A stretch of DNA of 64,000 nucleotides from an uncultured archaeon (GCA_964610875.1 CAZSWP010000017.1:4940-68939); one strand, 5' to 3'. Numbered from the stretch's first letter, positions 37,351 through 47,710 are shown. Notes: a model not told the origin generated them from the letters alone. Translations and numbers: made by a program.

Positions 37351-38001
37351 ATGAACACGAAAGATGGAACAACTCTTCAGAGAGCAATACAACTAATGGA
37401 AAATGGTGATTTCAGTACAACAGTTGATATCTTACAAGAATTTCTTGAGAATAATCCTACATCTCTGGAGGGATGGTATAATCTTGGATATGCTCTATCG
37501 GAGATAGATAAGGAAGAAGATGCTATCAAAGCATATGATGAAGCTTTGGCAATTGATAACATGATCTTTGAAATCTGGTTCAATAAAGCAAATGTGTTGT
37601 ATAATTTAGGTGATTTCGGGAAAGCACGTGAGTGCTATGAACGAGCAGTAGAGCTAAACCCGGACGATGCAGAAGCTTGGAACAATTTGGGTAATTGTTA
37701 TTCACGATTGACAGAGGGAGAGAAAGCAATCGAAGCATACACCAGAGCTGTGGCTGCTAAACCAGACTATGCAGAAGCATACTATAACAAAGCAAACGCA
37801 CATTTCATCGAGGAACAAGATGAACAAGCAATAGTCTATGCAGAAACAGCTGTGAGATTAAAGCCAATTCTTGGAAAACTTGTTGATGAATGGATACAAG
37901 TTGCTAGAGACCGGCTTGCTGCTCGTGAGGCGGAAAAGATTCATAGAGAGAAACAGAAAATATTGAGTAGAATCTCTGATGAGAATGAACCAGACGATTG
38001 A
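37351..38001 (+). CDS. TPR repeat protein
   Basis: Has canonical TPR units (EGWYNLGYALSEIDKEEDAIKAYDEALAID, AEAWNNLGNCYSRLTEGEKAIEAYTRAVAAKPDYAEAYYNKANA). Confidence 0.8.
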   Translation: MNTKDGTTLQRAIQLMENGDFSTTVDILQEFLENNPTSLEGWYNLGYALSEIDKEEDAIKAYDEALAIDNMIFEIWFNKANVLYNLGDFGKARECYERAVELNPDDAEAWNNLGNCYSRLTEGEKAIEAYTRAVAAKPDYAEAYYNKANAHFIEEQDEQAIVYAETAVRLKPILGKLVDEWIQVARDRLAAREAEKIHREKQKILSRISDENEPDD

Positions 38002-38059
38002 TTTCGTAATTCATTACTTCTAAAAGGGAAAGAAGTGTCAACAGAAGTGGTGCAGTACC

Positions 38060-38611
38060 TTGATGGGTGTAGCAGCAGATGTTGATATGAGTAGTAACAA
38101 AGTAAAGATGATAGGATTGGCTGCAGTTCTAATAATCGTAGGCGGAATTATTACAGCATGGTTGACTGGATGGGGTTATCTCCCATTTGTCGCACAGTAT
38201 GCTAATCCAGCAGCCATTTTGGGAATCACAATCCTGACTGGAAGCATTTTGATTTGCTGCACTGCATCAATGTTGACTGGCTCCTTTGCTTCAAGGATTC
38301 CTGAATATGGAGAAATGGAAATCGCATTTGAGAAAGGTATGGACCATTACAATGCAGAAGAGTGGGAGGACGCGCTTGAAGTTTTTCAAAAACTGATGGG
38401 GCCCGAGCTGGATCATAAGCGTGCACTCTACTATGGTGCAAAATGCTGTGAGAAGCTCGATAACACTGAATGCGTGATAAAGTACTTAGAACGATATGTT
38501 GAGCTGCAATCAAAAGACAAAGAAGCCTGGTTAATGCTTGCAAAGGCGCATAAGCGTTTGTTCCAATACGAAGAAGCTCAAAGAGCAGAACAGAAAGCTA
38601 TGGAATTGTAA
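38060..38611 (+). CDS. Membrane-anchored TPR-like protein
   Basis: Two TM helices are followed by TPR-like helices (YNAEEWEDALEVFQKL, KEAWLMLAKAHKRLFQYEEAQRA). Confidence 0.6.
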   Translation: MMGVAADVDMSSNKVKMIGLAAVLIIVGGIITAWLTGWGYLPFVAQYANPAAILGITILTGSILICCTASMLTGSFASRIPEYGEMEIAFEKGMDHYNAEEWEDALEVFQKLMGPELDHKRALYYGAKCCEKLDNTECVIKYLERYVELQSKDKEAWLMLAKAHKRLFQYEEAQRAEQKAMEL

Positions 38612-38675
38612 GTAGTCGGGCAAAGAATAAGTGCAGAATTGTTCTCCAAACAGGTAGCTTGGAGGACCATGTGAA

Positions 38676-40967
38676 TTGCATAACTTGAATGATATCTGCA
38701 AAATCGAAGTGTCAGATGATGCAATCAGTCTAAGTAACGAAACAATTACAGTAACATATGACACTAGATTAGGTACTATAGCATTACACCATCATGAGAA
38801 AAAAGTGAAGATCTTTGACCGATCATATATCCTCGTGCATACTGATACACAGGTCTTTGACTCAAGAAAAATGATTTACAAATCCTTCAGTGCTTTAGAT
38901 TTCAAAGATGAAGGGCTGAAAGGTAAGTCAGTTATTCTCCGTGTTCAAGATATGGACGGCACAGCTGAGATGAACATTAGACTCTCAGTGATTGAGAGAA
39001 CAATGGGATACATGTGCAGGATTCAGTTCAAAAACAAAGCTGCTGAACTGAGAATGAAAGCGATTGATACTCTGGTCCTTGATGTTGATGACTCATCAAG
39101 GATAATCACAGGATGGGACGGTTCTAAACTAAGATTATTCCATAACGGATTTCATTCTTGGGAACTCAGTCAGGCGAAACAAATTAAACAGGGAGAGAAT
39201 TTGAGTCATTTCTATTCAGTATTGAATAATATTCAATCACATGATGCACTAGTAATTGGCTATACCACGTTTGATAACCAACTCTCCGAAGTTTCAGCCT
39301 TCGGAAGAAAGGAGGAAGAAAAACGTCTTGCACAAATTGTTGCAACATGTAAACTTGATGCAATTCCTCTCACTGAAAAAGATACTATTCTATCAGAAGA
39401 GATGCAAGTACTTGTATCCGAAGACGCGCTAACATCACTTTCTCTCTATATGGATATTGTTTCTAACCGCATGGAAGCACTGACCTGGGAGAAGGTTCCA
39501 ACGGGGTGGTGTACATGGTATTTCTATTACACACAGGTCGATGAAATTGAAGTAATGGAGAATACAGAATTCCTTGCAAAGAGGTATCCAGAGAAGATTG
39601 AGTGGATACAGATCGATGACGGGTTTCAAAAATCAGTAGGTGACTGGGAGGAGAATCAGCGGTTTAGTAGTGGATTGGAAGGACTAGTAGAAAAAATAAA
39701 GATAGAAGGTTTCAGACCAGGAATTTGGCTTGCACCTTTTGTCGCAGCAGAACATTCGGAGGTTTTCAAGGATAAACCGGATTGGTTTATCAGAAATTTG
39801 GATAATATACCCATAATAGCAGACCAAAATCCATTATGGCTAGGCAACTATTACGCACTTGACCTTTCCAATCCTCATGTAATCAACCACATCAAAGATA
39901 TGTTTGCCAAATTCAAGGAATATGGATTTGAATACTTCAAGATCGATTTTCTCCATTATGCAACAATGGAAGGTATACGCTATGATATGAAAATGACTCG
40001 AGCTCAAGCATTCAAGCAAGGAATGGATGCTATCAGAGAAGCAGTTGGCAATGATATGATTTTAGGCTGTGGCGCACCAATAGGACCTTGCGTCGGAAAA
40101 GTCAATATGATGAGAATTGGAACAGATATAGCTACTAGCTGGCGCTATGATTGGGGAGCCGGAGTCTACGAGTGTTCAATAAATACAATGACACGTGCAG
40201 TAATGCATGATCGACTCTGGATAAATGATCCAGACTGTGTTCTTGTACGCCAAGATGATAACGAACTCACTCTGGATGAGATTCGACTGTGGCTTTCAGT
40301 GGTTGCTTTGAGTGGAGGAGCTGTATTGCTAAGTGATAGAATGACAGAAGTTTCGGATGAACGACTTGCCTTACTTGATAAAATCTTACCATCCTATAGA
40401 AAGAGTGCTTTGGCTCTAGACAGCCTAGAAATTGAAGAACCACGCATCTTCGCTCTTCCGATTGAAACTGAACACTCCAGCTGGGCAGTAGTGGCGGTCG
40501 TGAATCTATCTGAGAACCCAATAGATGTTTCAGTCTCAATGGAAGACCTTGGTTTTCAAGATGACGACAGATTCCATGTATTTGAATTTTGGACGGAGAA
40601 ATATCATGGAGAGTCTGAGCCAATAATCAACATAACTGGATTGAAGCCTCATAGCTGCAAATTATTGGTCCTTCGACCTGTTGTAGAAGAGCCTTGTCTA
40701 CTAAGTACCAGTATTCACTTCACACAAGGTGCAATCGAAGTTACAGACACAGATTGGAATGCAGGTGGTAGTGAGCTTTCCCTGACTGTTAATACTAACA
40801 CACGTAATCCCGAATCATTGTTTTTTGTCTTTAGTAAGAAGTGGACTCCTTTAGCTGGATATGTTGATGAAAAGAAGATAGAGTTTGATGAAATTGCTCC
40901 TGAAGTAATTGCTTTGAAACAGCAGTTCAAGAAAGGTCAGACTATTAGGATTAAATTTTCACATTGA
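38676..40967 (+). CDS. Glycoside hydrolase family 36-like (alpha-galactosidase / raffinose-family)
   Basis: Carries PTGWCTWYFYY, WIQIDDGFQ, GFEYFKIDFL and LWINDPDC. The start is TTG, with GGAGGA 9 nt upstream. Confidence 0.75.
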   Translation: MHNLNDICKIEVSDDAISLSNETITVTYDTRLGTIALHHHEKKVKIFDRSYILVHTDTQVFDSRKMIYKSFSALDFKDEGLKGKSVILRVQDMDGTAEMNIRLSVIERTMGYMCRIQFKNKAAELRMKAIDTLVLDVDDSSRIITGWDGSKLRLFHNGFHSWELSQAKQIKQGENLSHFYSVLNNIQSHDALVIGYTTFDNQLSEVSAFGRKEEEKRLAQIVATCKLDAIPLTEKDTILSEEMQVLVSEDALTSLSLYMDIVSNRMEALTWEKVPTGWCTWYFYYTQVDEIEVMENTEFLAKRYPEKIEWIQIDDGFQKSVGDWEENQRFSSGLEGLVEKIKIEGFRPGIWLAPFVAAEHSEVFKDKPDWFIRNLDNIPIIADQNPLWLGNYYALDLSNPHVINHIKDMFAKFKEYGFEYFKIDFLHYATMEGIRYDMKMTRAQAFKQGMDAIREAVGNDMILGCGAPIGPCVGKVNMMRIGTDIATSWRYDWGAGVYECSINTMTRAVMHDRLWINDPDCVLVRQDDNELTLDEIRLWLSVVALSGGAVLLSDRMTEVSDERLALLDKILPSYRKSALALDSLEIEEPRIFALPIETEHSSWAVVAVVNLSENPIDVSVSMEDLGFQDDDRFHVFEFWTEKYHGESEPIINITGLKPHSCKLLVLRPVVEEPCLLSTSIHFTQGAIEVTDTDWNAGGSELSLTVNTNTRNPESLFFVFSKKWTPLAGYVDEKKIEFDEIAPEVIALKQQFKKGQTIRIKFSH

Positions 40968-40968
40968 G

Positions 40969-41877
40969 TTATGCTCGATCTACGTGATTTTTCAGAGTAC
41001 CAATCTTGTCTATGTGCATTTCAACTTCATCTCCCGGTTTCAAGAATTCCTTTGGATCACGTGCATTTCCAACGCCTCCAGGAGTTCCAGTAGCTATGAC
41101 ATCACCGGGTTCAAGTGTGAATGACTGAGATAAGTAAGAGATTATCTTGGGTACATTGTGAAGTAAGTTTGATGTGTTTGATTCCTGCTTAATGATGTCG
41201 TTGACTTTTGTGTACATATAAAGCCCAGAAGCATCTCCAAGCTCATCGGTCGTTACTATCCTTGGACCCATTGGACAGAATGTGTCCATTGATTTTGAAC
41301 GTACAAATTGTACGTCAGCGAATTGAAGGTCTCTTGCACTTACATCATTGATGATAGTGTATCCCGCAACATAATCCAGTGCTACACGTCCTTTTACATC
41401 TTTACAGTCCTTTCCGATTATTATTGCAAGTTCAATTTCCCAATCAATCTCTTTTGCTATTCTTGGAATTCTAATTGCATCATTAGGACCAATAATGGTC
41501 GATGGAAATTTAGCAAAGATGACTGGAAAATCTGGTACTTCACTACCAGTTTCTTCGATGTGCTCCTCATAATTCAGACCCAGAGCCACTATCTTACCAG
41601 GTTGAAGTAAAGGTGCTTTGTATTTTATTTTGGAGTAATCATATATCAGAGGACGGACTGCATCACTGGTTCCAGAATATGATTCAACTATCTGGCGAAC
41701 CACATTCAATCCGGATTCCCATTTCAGGAGTTCTATCATTGTCGATGGGAAGGGTTTACCGTGTATCTGGTATTTGCGTCCAAATCGCGACGCAGCCTCA
41801 GGAATATCCAGAACACCACCTTCCATCTCAACACCGATGGAAGGAACCCCAAGACGAGTGTAGGTTACTAGGCGCAT
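40969..41877 (-). CDS. Fumarylacetoacetate hydrolase (FAH) family protein
   Basis: Carries KIVALGLNYEEHIEE, PVIFAKFPSTIIGPNDAIRIP, DWEIELAIIIG, INDVSARDLQ and PGDVIATGTPGGVG. Confidence 0.85.
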   Translation of the reverse strand: MRLVTYTRLGVPSIGVEMEGGVLDIPEAASRFGRKYQIHGKPFPSTMIELLKWESGLNVVRQIVESYSGTSDAVRPLIYDYSKIKYKAPLLQPGKIVALGLNYEEHIEETGSEVPDFPVIFAKFPSTIIGPNDAIRIPRIAKEIDWEIELAIIIGKDCKDVKGRVALDYVAGYTIINDVSARDLQFADVQFVRSKSMDTFCPMGPRIVTTDELGDASGLYMYTKVNDIIKQESNTSNLLHNVPKIISYLSQSFTLEPGDVIATGTPGGVGNARDPKEFLKPGDEVEMHIDKIGTLKNHVDRA

Positions 41878-41905
41878 GTGTTAATACAGAGGAAACGCTT
41901 CATTT

Positions 41906-42271
41906 ATGGGTAGTGGTGTAATGTTTCTCAACGGTGATAATATGTCTGAAGCGCGTACCCTCGATGAACTCCCAGATCAGGTCTTTGTTCCTCTTGGTAG
42001 AAGAGGAATGGAAGGTATTCCATTGAAAGAGTGTGCCTATGAATGCGATGGTAAAGAGATCAGATTACTAGATGTTAAAAGCTCACCTCTTGAAAAGGAT
42101 GATGATGGACTTGACCAGCATATTGAAGACTGGTATGTTACCTGTGAAAAATGTAAGAGGAAGTTCACAATCAGATGCAAGACGCGTTTCAAGGATGATG
42201 AACGCCTTGATACCTATGTTTCAATTATCGATGATGAAGGAACTAATTTGGGATGGTTAGGTAGTTACTAG
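41906..42271 (+). CDS. Hypothetical small protein with Cys pairs
   Basis: 121-aa ORF (CAYECDG ... CEKCKRKF). It ends 10 nt before the ATG of the next gene. The start is uncertain. Confidence 0.4.
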   Translation: MGSGVMFLNGDNMSEARTLDELPDQVFVPLGRRGMEGIPLKECAYECDGKEIRLLDVKSSPLEKDDDGLDQHIEDWYVTCEKCKRKFTIRCKTRFKDDERLDTYVSIIDDEGTNLGWLGSY

Positions 42272-42281
42272 GGTGAAAATA

Positions 42282-43430
42282 ATGAGCGGGAGTTTCAAGA
42301 TTGCGGTGCTTCCCGGAGACGGTATCGGAAAGGAAGTAGTTGATCAAGCACTGAGGATACTAAAGAGTGTTCAAGAACTCGTTGATGGGTTCTCATTGAG
42401 CTATCATAAGTTTGATTGTGGAGGAGCATATTATGCGAACACTGGCCGCGAATGGGATGAGGAAGCGGAGAAGTTTGTGAAAGAAGAAGCTGATGCAGTT
42501 CTACTTGGAGCAGTTGGTGCTGAAGGAAGTGATGGAAACCCAATTAGAAGACCTGATGGACATCTTGCAGGATATAGTATAGTGATTGGTCTGAGAATGG
42601 ATTTGGACCTATATGCAAATGTTAGACCCGTAGAACTTTATGAAGGCGTACCAACTCCTCTGAAGGTACCTAGTTCTGATGTGAAAATGACAATAATTAG
42701 GGAGAACACTGAAGGTTTGTATGCACCTGCAAGAGGTGGTCTCGATAGAAAAGGAGAACGCGAGATAGCCATTGACAATCGGATAATCACAAAAAAAGGA
42801 AGTAGAAGAGTAGCTGAATTCGCATTTGAACTAGCACTAAAAGGATCTGGAGCTCCAGAGGATGAAAAGAAACGTGTGACATGTGTTGATAAGAGTAATC
42901 TCCTGGCAGGATGTCAATTATTCAGAGAAACATTCAGACAGGTAGCAGGTTCCTATCCCAAAGTCGAAGCTGATTATGCATATGTTGATGCATTTGCACA
43001 GTGGATTGTGAAAAACCCAGCACATTATGATGTTGTAGTAACTCCTAACGAGTTCGGAGACATACTCACAGACCTTGGTGCGGCCCTTCAAGGTGGATTA
43101 GGAATGGCTCCTGCTGGAAATATTGGGGAGTCTAAGGGTGTCTTTGAACCTGTCCACGGCTCTGCTCCAAAATATGCGGGGAAGAATTCTGTGAATCCGA
43201 CAGCAGCAATATTGGCTGCTTCAATGATGCTCGAGTGGTTGGGAGAAAAATATGGAAATAGCAAGTGTATTGATGCAGGACGACGGATTAAGCATGCAGT
43301 GAAGGCGGTTCTCATAGAAGGTAAGATTCGAACATTCGACCTTTGTGTAGACAAATGGGATTCAATTTCTCCGGCATCCACTAGTAAGATGGCTGATGCA
43401 ATTATTGATCAAATGAAAAGACAAGCGTAA
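42282..43430 (+). CDS. Isopropylmalate / isocitrate / tartrate dehydrogenase family (beta-decarboxylating dehydrogenase)
   Basis: Carries IAVLPGDGIGKEVV, IRENTEGLY, NEFGDILTDLGA and EPVHGSAPKYAGK. The ATG at 42282 has GGGTGA upstream. Confidence 0.85.
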   Translation: MSGSFKIAVLPGDGIGKEVVDQALRILKSVQELVDGFSLSYHKFDCGGAYYANTGREWDEEAEKFVKEEADAVLLGAVGAEGSDGNPIRRPDGHLAGYSIVIGLRMDLDLYANVRPVELYEGVPTPLKVPSSDVKMTIIRENTEGLYAPARGGLDRKGEREIAIDNRIITKKGSRRVAEFAFELALKGSGAPEDEKKRVTCVDKSNLLAGCQLFRETFRQVAGSYPKVEADYAYVDAFAQWIVKNPAHYDVVVTPNEFGDILTDLGAALQGGLGMAPAGNIGESKGVFEPVHGSAPKYAGKNSVNPTAAILAASMMLEWLGEKYGNSKCIDAGRRIKHAVKAVLIEGKIRTFDLCVDKWDSISPASTSKMADAIIDQMKRQA

Positions 43431-43442
43431 GAGGTGTATATA

Positions 43443-44708
43443 GTGGGGAAGACACTTGCTGAGAAACTAATGGCAGCTCACACTATAGAAGGGTCTGCTG
43501 AAGCTGGAGAGATCATTGAAGCGGAAGTCGACCTAATTATGGTTCATGAAGTTCTGGGTTCTCGAATCATACCTGTGCTTGATGAGATGGGAGTTGAGGA
43601 AGTTTGGGACTCAGATAAGATACTTGTTGTAAATGACCACTGGGCACCTGCATCAGACATTCAAAGTGCTGAAATTCATATGAGAAATAGAGAGTTTGTA
43701 AAGAAACACAATATCATGCATTTCTGTGATGTTGATTGTGGTATATCACATCAAGTACTCCCAGAGATGGGTTTGGTAACACCAGGTGACTTCATCATAG
43801 GCAGTGACTCACACTCGACTACATACGGAGCTTTCAATGCTTTTTCAGCAGGGCTTGCGGCAACCGACAGTGCATTAATCTTGGCTACTGGTAAGTGTTG
43901 GTTCAGGGTACCTGAGTCAATTAAGGTGACAGTGACAGGTGACCTACAGGACCGAGTTATGAGTAAAGACCTCATACTCGGAATTATTGCTGATCTTGGT
44001 CCAGATGGAGCAAATTACCAATCACTCGAATTCACTGGCGATACTATTGACAAGATGAGCATCGGGTCTCGAATGACTATGTGCAATATGAGTGTGGAAG
44101 CAGGAGCAAAGTGTGCACCCATGACTGTCAATTATGCCGTTGAGGAATGGATGAATGAATGGGCACCGATGAAAAAATGGTCAACAACCAACCCGGATAA
44201 AGATGCAGAGTATGCTGAGAGTCTAAGCTATGACCTTGCAGAGGAAAAGCTTGAACCAATTGTGGCAATACCACATAGTCCTGCTAATGGAAAACCTATC
44301 AGTGAAGTTTTAGGAATAGAAATAGATCAGGCATTCCTTGGTTCTTGTACAAACGGACGTCTGGAAGACTTGGCAATTGCGGTGGAGATACTAAAAGGTA
44401 AGAAGATTCACAAAGATACTAGATTGATAGTAACTCCGGCTAGTAAAATAACATACATGAAAGCTTTGGAATTAGGTTATGTTCAGGAACTAATGAAAGC
44501 TGGAGCAATCGTAACAAATAGTACATGCGGAGCCTGTGTGGGGGGACATCTTGGTGTGCTTGGACCCGGAGAAGTATGTATCTCAAGTACTAATAGGAAC
44601 TTCAGAGGTCGAATGGGAGATCGTGAATCTTTAATCTATCTGGCGAGTCCAGCGACTGTAGCTGCTAGTGCAATCAATGGTGAGATTACCGACCCAAGGG
44701 AGGTATGA
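43443..44708 (+). CDS. 3-isopropylmalate dehydratase / homoaconitase large subunit (aconitase family)
   Basis: Carries MVHEVLG, GSDSHSTTYGAFNAF, LGSCTNGRLEDL, STCGACVG and SSTNRNFRGRMG. The GTG at 43443 has GAGGTG 6 nt upstream. Confidence 0.85.
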   Translation: MGKTLAEKLMAAHTIEGSAEAGEIIEAEVDLIMVHEVLGSRIIPVLDEMGVEEVWDSDKILVVNDHWAPASDIQSAEIHMRNREFVKKHNIMHFCDVDCGISHQVLPEMGLVTPGDFIIGSDSHSTTYGAFNAFSAGLAATDSALILATGKCWFRVPESIKVTVTGDLQDRVMSKDLILGIIADLGPDGANYQSLEFTGDTIDKMSIGSRMTMCNMSVEAGAKCAPMTVNYAVEEWMNEWAPMKKWSTTNPDKDAEYAESLSYDLAEEKLEPIVAIPHSPANGKPISEVLGIEIDQAFLGSCTNGRLEDLAIAVEILKGKKIHKDTRLIVTPASKITYMKALELGYVQELMKAGAIVTNSTCGACVGGHLGVLGPGEVCISSTNRNFRGRMGDRESLIYLASPATVAASAINGEITDPREV

Positions 44709-44711
44709 TTC

Positions 44712-45221
44712 GTGAGCCCGGATTTTTCAAGTATCAAGGGCAAGTGTTGGGTATTTGGAGATAACGTTGATACCGACCAAATCATCCAAGGACGATATCT
44801 TACTATGCTTGATTATTCCAAGATGGCAAAGCATACCTTTGAAGTGATTCGTCCAGATTTTGCTGCTTCTGTGAAAGAGGGAGACGTCATTGTTGCGGGG
44901 AAGAATTTTGGTGCAGGCTCATCAAGAGAGGAAGCCCCAATGGTACTTAGAGAACTCGGTGTCAATTGTATTGTAGCGGAGTCATTTGCAAGAATATTCT
45001 ATAGAAATGCATTCAATGTAGGACTACCAGTTATTATTGTCCCAAAAATTTCTGATAATGTAAGAGAAGGAGATGAACTTTCAATAGACCTTACAAGTGG
45101 TGAGGTCAAGAACCTTTCATCTGACACTATTCTGCAGGGCTCGAAGACGCCAAAGATGATGCTAAGAATGCTCAAAGCAGGAGGAGCTGTAGCCCTCTAT
45201 CGAAAAGAGTACAATTCATGA
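44712..45221 (+). CDS. 3-isopropylmalate dehydratase / homoaconitase small subunit
   Basis: Carries GKCWVFGDNVDTDQIIQGRYL, VAGKNFGAGSSREEAP and ESFARIFYRNAFNVGLP. Confidence 0.85.
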   Translation: MSPDFSSIKGKCWVFGDNVDTDQIIQGRYLTMLDYSKMAKHTFEVIRPDFAASVKEGDVIVAGKNFGAGSSREEAPMVLRELGVNCIVAESFARIFYRNAFNVGLPVIIVPKISDNVREGDELSIDLTSGEVKNLSSDTILQGSKTPKMMLRMLKAGGAVALYRKEYNS

Positions 45222-45291
45222 TTACTCAGGAAATGTAAGAAAACACTAAAAGCACTCAAGATGATTCCAATATCAATAGCGCTCCGCTAGA

Positions 45292-47097
45292 GTGTGGAAA
45301 AATATGAATATTATGCTATTCTTACTCGTATCGCTGATTGTCCATGCGATACCTATTCCATATACTCCAGGAATGCTTAGGATAAATCGCTTGATCAAAT
45401 GGCTTCCATTCAGGTTGTTCTGGGGATTGCTTTCATGGCTCTTCATCTGTTTCTTCGTGGCCATGACACTACCCTGGGCTTTGATTACTCTTGTAATGAG
45501 CTTTGGTATACTCCTGCTCATCACTAGTGGTTTTCGACCCGGAGATGTGGAAGAGATGATTCAAGGTCTTAGATTACCCTTTGCATGTCTAGGATTCATC
45601 ATGATTATTCTAGTCCCTGGGTTTACTGGAATCATTACATGGACATCAGATGTAGCAAATGCACAGACTGTTGATGAGTTAATCACAGTGAGTGAACCGC
45701 CCCTTTTCGACAATCCAATCCCTGATAATCAAGTCAGATTAGTCACTGATGCTTATGCATCATTTGTCGCAAGGCAACAATTTGCAAGTATTGGATCAAA
45801 CATAGAGATAGCTGCGACTCATATCACAACGCGGAATAACCGGTTGGTCTGGGTGTGTGTCGTGGTTTCTACAAATGTGCTGTCAGAGAACTTTCTCAAA
45901 GCTTTGATTGTTGTTGATGCAAACGATCCTTCAATGGTCGAGGTCATCGACTTCAGTGAATATGATATGGAAATTCAAGTTGGAGAAGGACTATTCTATG
46001 ATAGAAATATCCAGTTTGGTAATTACATGGAGGACATGACCAATGCGTATGAATACGCATATCCTACATGGGACCCATTAGGTGAGCTCTGCTATATACA
46101 GACGCGAACAAACCTCGGATGGGACTTTGTTGAGAGACCTCTTGGTCCTAAAATCTATTTTGAGAATGGTAGTGTGGTAGCCTACAACACAGTTGAAGAA
46201 ACCCCTGAATGGGTCACTCAAGCATATAGTGAGGAATGGTTCGAACGTCAGATATATCGTTGGGGTGGTTACCAAAGAAGTGATGGATTTGACCTCTTTG
46301 CAGGCGGATTCCTTTGGATTATCCCACCATCAAATGACCGTCTTGAGATGACTGAAGATACACGATATATCTTGAATCCTGACACCGGGCTTGTTGAAGC
46401 ATTCCTGGCAGTTCATCCACCTGGAGAAAGCTCAAGCTCTCTATCCCTCAGTGGTATGGTAAGAGGCACGAAAGATCAGATCTTTTATTATGACCTCAGT
46501 GATGCAGGTTTTTCCAGCGGTGAGGCAGCGATAAATGAGGTAATCAAAGCATTTCCCGACCCGAACACTGGGACCTACTTTGGTGCAATGCCACTCATCT
46601 ATCCTGTTGTCATTGATTCTACTAGAACCGAGTATGCATGGTATTGTCCAATATATTGGTGGGATGGTTACTATGATTCAGATGCTGAAGAGTACTATGT
46701 TTCAGATATTCGGCTTCATGCTCTAGGGATGGCTTATGCCAAGGATGTATCTACCAATTTCGTTCTTACCAGACAGGGTGCTGTCACTGGTGCAAATCTA
46801 GTGAAAGAAGTACGAGAAGGATTCGTAGAAGAAATGGGTGGAGTTATAGAAGACACAACAGACACATTTGAGATTACAGCAGATGTTGTGGGAGCAAGCT
46901 CCTATGTATATGATGGAGATACTCATATCGTACTTGAAACGAACAATGCATCATATCAATACCTAGAGGGATCTCTAGCTTGGATGAATCAGACTGATTG
47001 GTATGTGTTACTTGGTCTTGAGGACGGCGATAATTTCACTGCAACAGTGAAATTTGTTGGTGACCAATATAGAATAGTCGCTATCACTAAGAACTAG
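45292..47097 (+). CDS. Polytopic N-terminus plus large extracytoplasmic domain, hypothetical
   Basis: About 4 TM helices occupy the first 115 aa, followed by a 480-aa aromatic-rich soluble domain. I recognise no motif. Confidence 0.55.
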   Translation: MWKNMNIMLFLLVSLIVHAIPIPYTPGMLRINRLIKWLPFRLFWGLLSWLFICFFVAMTLPWALITLVMSFGILLLITSGFRPGDVEEMIQGLRLPFACLGFIMIILVPGFTGIITWTSDVANAQTVDELITVSEPPLFDNPIPDNQVRLVTDAYASFVARQQFASIGSNIEIAATHITTRNNRLVWVCVVVSTNVLSENFLKALIVVDANDPSMVEVIDFSEYDMEIQVGEGLFYDRNIQFGNYMEDMTNAYEYAYPTWDPLGELCYIQTRTNLGWDFVERPLGPKIYFENGSVVAYNTVEETPEWVTQAYSEEWFERQIYRWGGYQRSDGFDLFAGGFLWIIPPSNDRLEMTEDTRYILNPDTGLVEAFLAVHPPGESSSSLSLSGMVRGTKDQIFYYDLSDAGFSSGEAAINEVIKAFPDPNTGTYFGAMPLIYPVVIDSTRTEYAWYCPIYWWDGYYDSDAEEYYVSDIRLHALGMAYAKDVSTNFVLTRQGAVTGANLVKEVREGFVEEMGGVIEDTTDTFEITADVVGASSYVYDGDTHIVLETNNASYQYLEGSLAWMNQTDWYVLLGLEDGDNFTATVKFVGDQYRIVAITKN

Positions 47098-47101
47098 TAA
47101 A

Positions 47102-47135
47102 GGGGGTATCCTACCCCCACTTTTCTTATTTTCCA
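47102..47135. terminator. Bidirectional hairpin with T-rich flank between convergent genes
   Basis: GGGGGTA-tcc-TACCCCC is followed by ACTTTTCTTATTTT. Confidence 0.5.
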
Positions 47136-47155
47136 AACATCTGTCTAGAGAAGAT

Positions 47156-47710
47156 TCAGGATTTTCCAGTCATTTTTGCTTTCAGTGCACTGTACTTGCT
47201 TTTGACCATGCTCCACACTTTCTGACGCCGTGACACGAAAGCATTTGTATGAATTGGGCAACGGTCACCAAGCGGGCATTCATCTGAAAATCCACCATGT
47301 TCCTCAAGTGCTTTCACAAGGGCATTTTGAAGAAGTTCCTCTTCAAAATCGTTCATCACATCGCTTGTTATATGAATCCATTCGATTTCCTTGAACCTGT
47401 CCTGTTCAAGCACAGCAGATACTGCTTTGAATACTTTTTCGGCAACCTCAGGATTGTCCTCCCCCAGTCCGACAACAACGCTGTGACCAGTTGGGGTGGT
47501 TTTTGAGAACCGCATCTGAGTTGGTCCCATCTTTATTGACTCTAGAGAAAGCCCATCCCCAATTGTCGGAGGGATAGTTTCTATTGCAGAGAGAAAACCT
47601 GATAGTAATTCAGGATTCTTGAATGCAGTTTTACAAAACATTCCATAGCATTTGCTGTAAATAGGCAAGCCAGCTTCAGTATAGACCATGAGATATTCAA
47701 GGATTGGCAT
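47156..47710 (-). CDS. Longin/Roadblock-like domain protein with C-terminal Cys/His segment
   Basis: Carries MPILEYLMVYTEAGLPIYSKCYG...PELLSGFLSAIETI...GHSVVVGL, the pattern seen in archaeal roadblock/longin-like proteins. The C-terminus is CPLGDRCPIH. Confidence 0.5.
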   Translation of the reverse strand: MPILEYLMVYTEAGLPIYSKCYGMFCKTAFKNPELLSGFLSAIETIPPTIGDGLSLESIKMGPTQMRFSKTTPTGHSVVVGLGEDNPEVAEKVFKAVSAVLEQDRFKEIEWIHITSDVMNDFEEELLQNALVKALEEHGGFSDECPLGDRCPIHTNAFVSRRQKVWSMVKSKYSALKAKMTGKS

